The notes below the pieces were generated by a model, which was given only the letters and a program-made list of their open reading frames with translations, was not told where the DNA came from and ran no database searches. Shown one piece after another: positions 63,598-64,000 of a DNA stretch of 64,000 bases. Origin of the DNA: an uncultured Gemmatimonadales bacterium (lineage in GTDB: Bacteria > Gemmatimonadota > Gemmatimonadetes > Longimicrobiales > Longimicrobiaceae). The DNA is taken from NCBI GenBank assembly GCA_963716255.1, contig OY970303.1, forward strand, positions 3,424,001-3,488,000. The letters run 5' to 3'. How positions within the stretch are numbered: the stretch's first letter is position 1; each line of letters begins with the position of its first letter. Made by a program: the position numbers and the translations under genes.

Positions 63598-64000
63598 TCA
63601 GCTCTCCGGAAGCGCGAAGCTCAGAAAGCGCTCAAAAAGCGGTGTCCTGCGGTAGAGGTCTCTCGGTCCCGGGGCGCCCCGCACCCACTCCTGCTCCTGT
63701 ACCTCGGCCAGTCCGAACCCCTCCAGTGGCCGCAGGAACCGGGTCTCCACGATCAGCGGCATCGGATCGCCGTACGGGCTCCGCGGGGGGGCTTCGCCGA
63801 CACCGGGGAGGACGATGCTCTCGGCCAGGTCGTAGGGCGTACTCCACTCGCCGCCGACGTGCCCGAAGCGGAAGAGGGTGTAGCCGATGCTGAACTGGAA
63901 CTCGGGTACGTCCGGGGCGCCGTCGAGGTACTCCAGGTTGAAGCGTCGGAAATGCACGCGGAAAAGCGTGGCGAACAGCTCGCCGGCGCGCCCTTCGGCG
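63598..64000 (-). CDS. Hypothetical protein, C-terminal part (runs off the window)
   Basis: Open frame to the window edge; protein-like RFNLEYLDG...LRPLEGFGL...YRRTPLFERF. Confidence 0.65.
   Translation of the reverse strand, partial: AEGRAGELFATLFRVHFRRFNLEYLDGAPDVPEFQFSIGYTLFRFGHVGGEWSTPYDLAESIVLPGVGEAPPRSPYGDPMPLIVETRFLRPLEGFGLAEVQEQEWVRGAPGPRDLYRRTPLFERFLSFALPES

Overview
A 64 kb window of a very GC-rich bacterial chromosome. It is most likely Gemmatimonadota, Longimicrobium-like; this is my inference from the look of the 16S gene, a PEP-CTERM protein and the gene families, not a database result. About 60 CDS can be supported. Metabolic and envelope genes include a thiolase, an MFS transporter, a P450, LepB, PlsC, a rhodanese, a PAP2 phosphatase, an ABC pair and a YfcC-like transporter. 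The window also holds an McrBC-like restriction pair, three toxin-antitoxin-type modules (one HEPN toxin is broken by an in-frame TGA), a MocA/XdhC cluster interrupted by two tandem Zn-finger paralogs, an eight-gene chemosensory operon with a HEAT-repeat protein, and a tRNA-less 16S-23S-5S operon preceded by four tandem sigma70-like promoters. The best candidates for undescribed biology are: (1) a TPR-like protein gene tail-to-tail with a 74-aa exported peptide carrying two TLGSG cores, suggesting a peptide-receptor signalling pair; (2) a protein with two ACT-like domains and a TIR-like C-terminus, with a 12-bp tandem repeat inside the second ACT domain; (3) two families of structured intergenic repeats with compensatory base changes and a shared AAACNRCC-type loop. 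Several start codons were moved from the ORF track using RBS or stop/start overlap evidence. All family calls come from motif recognition by eye.
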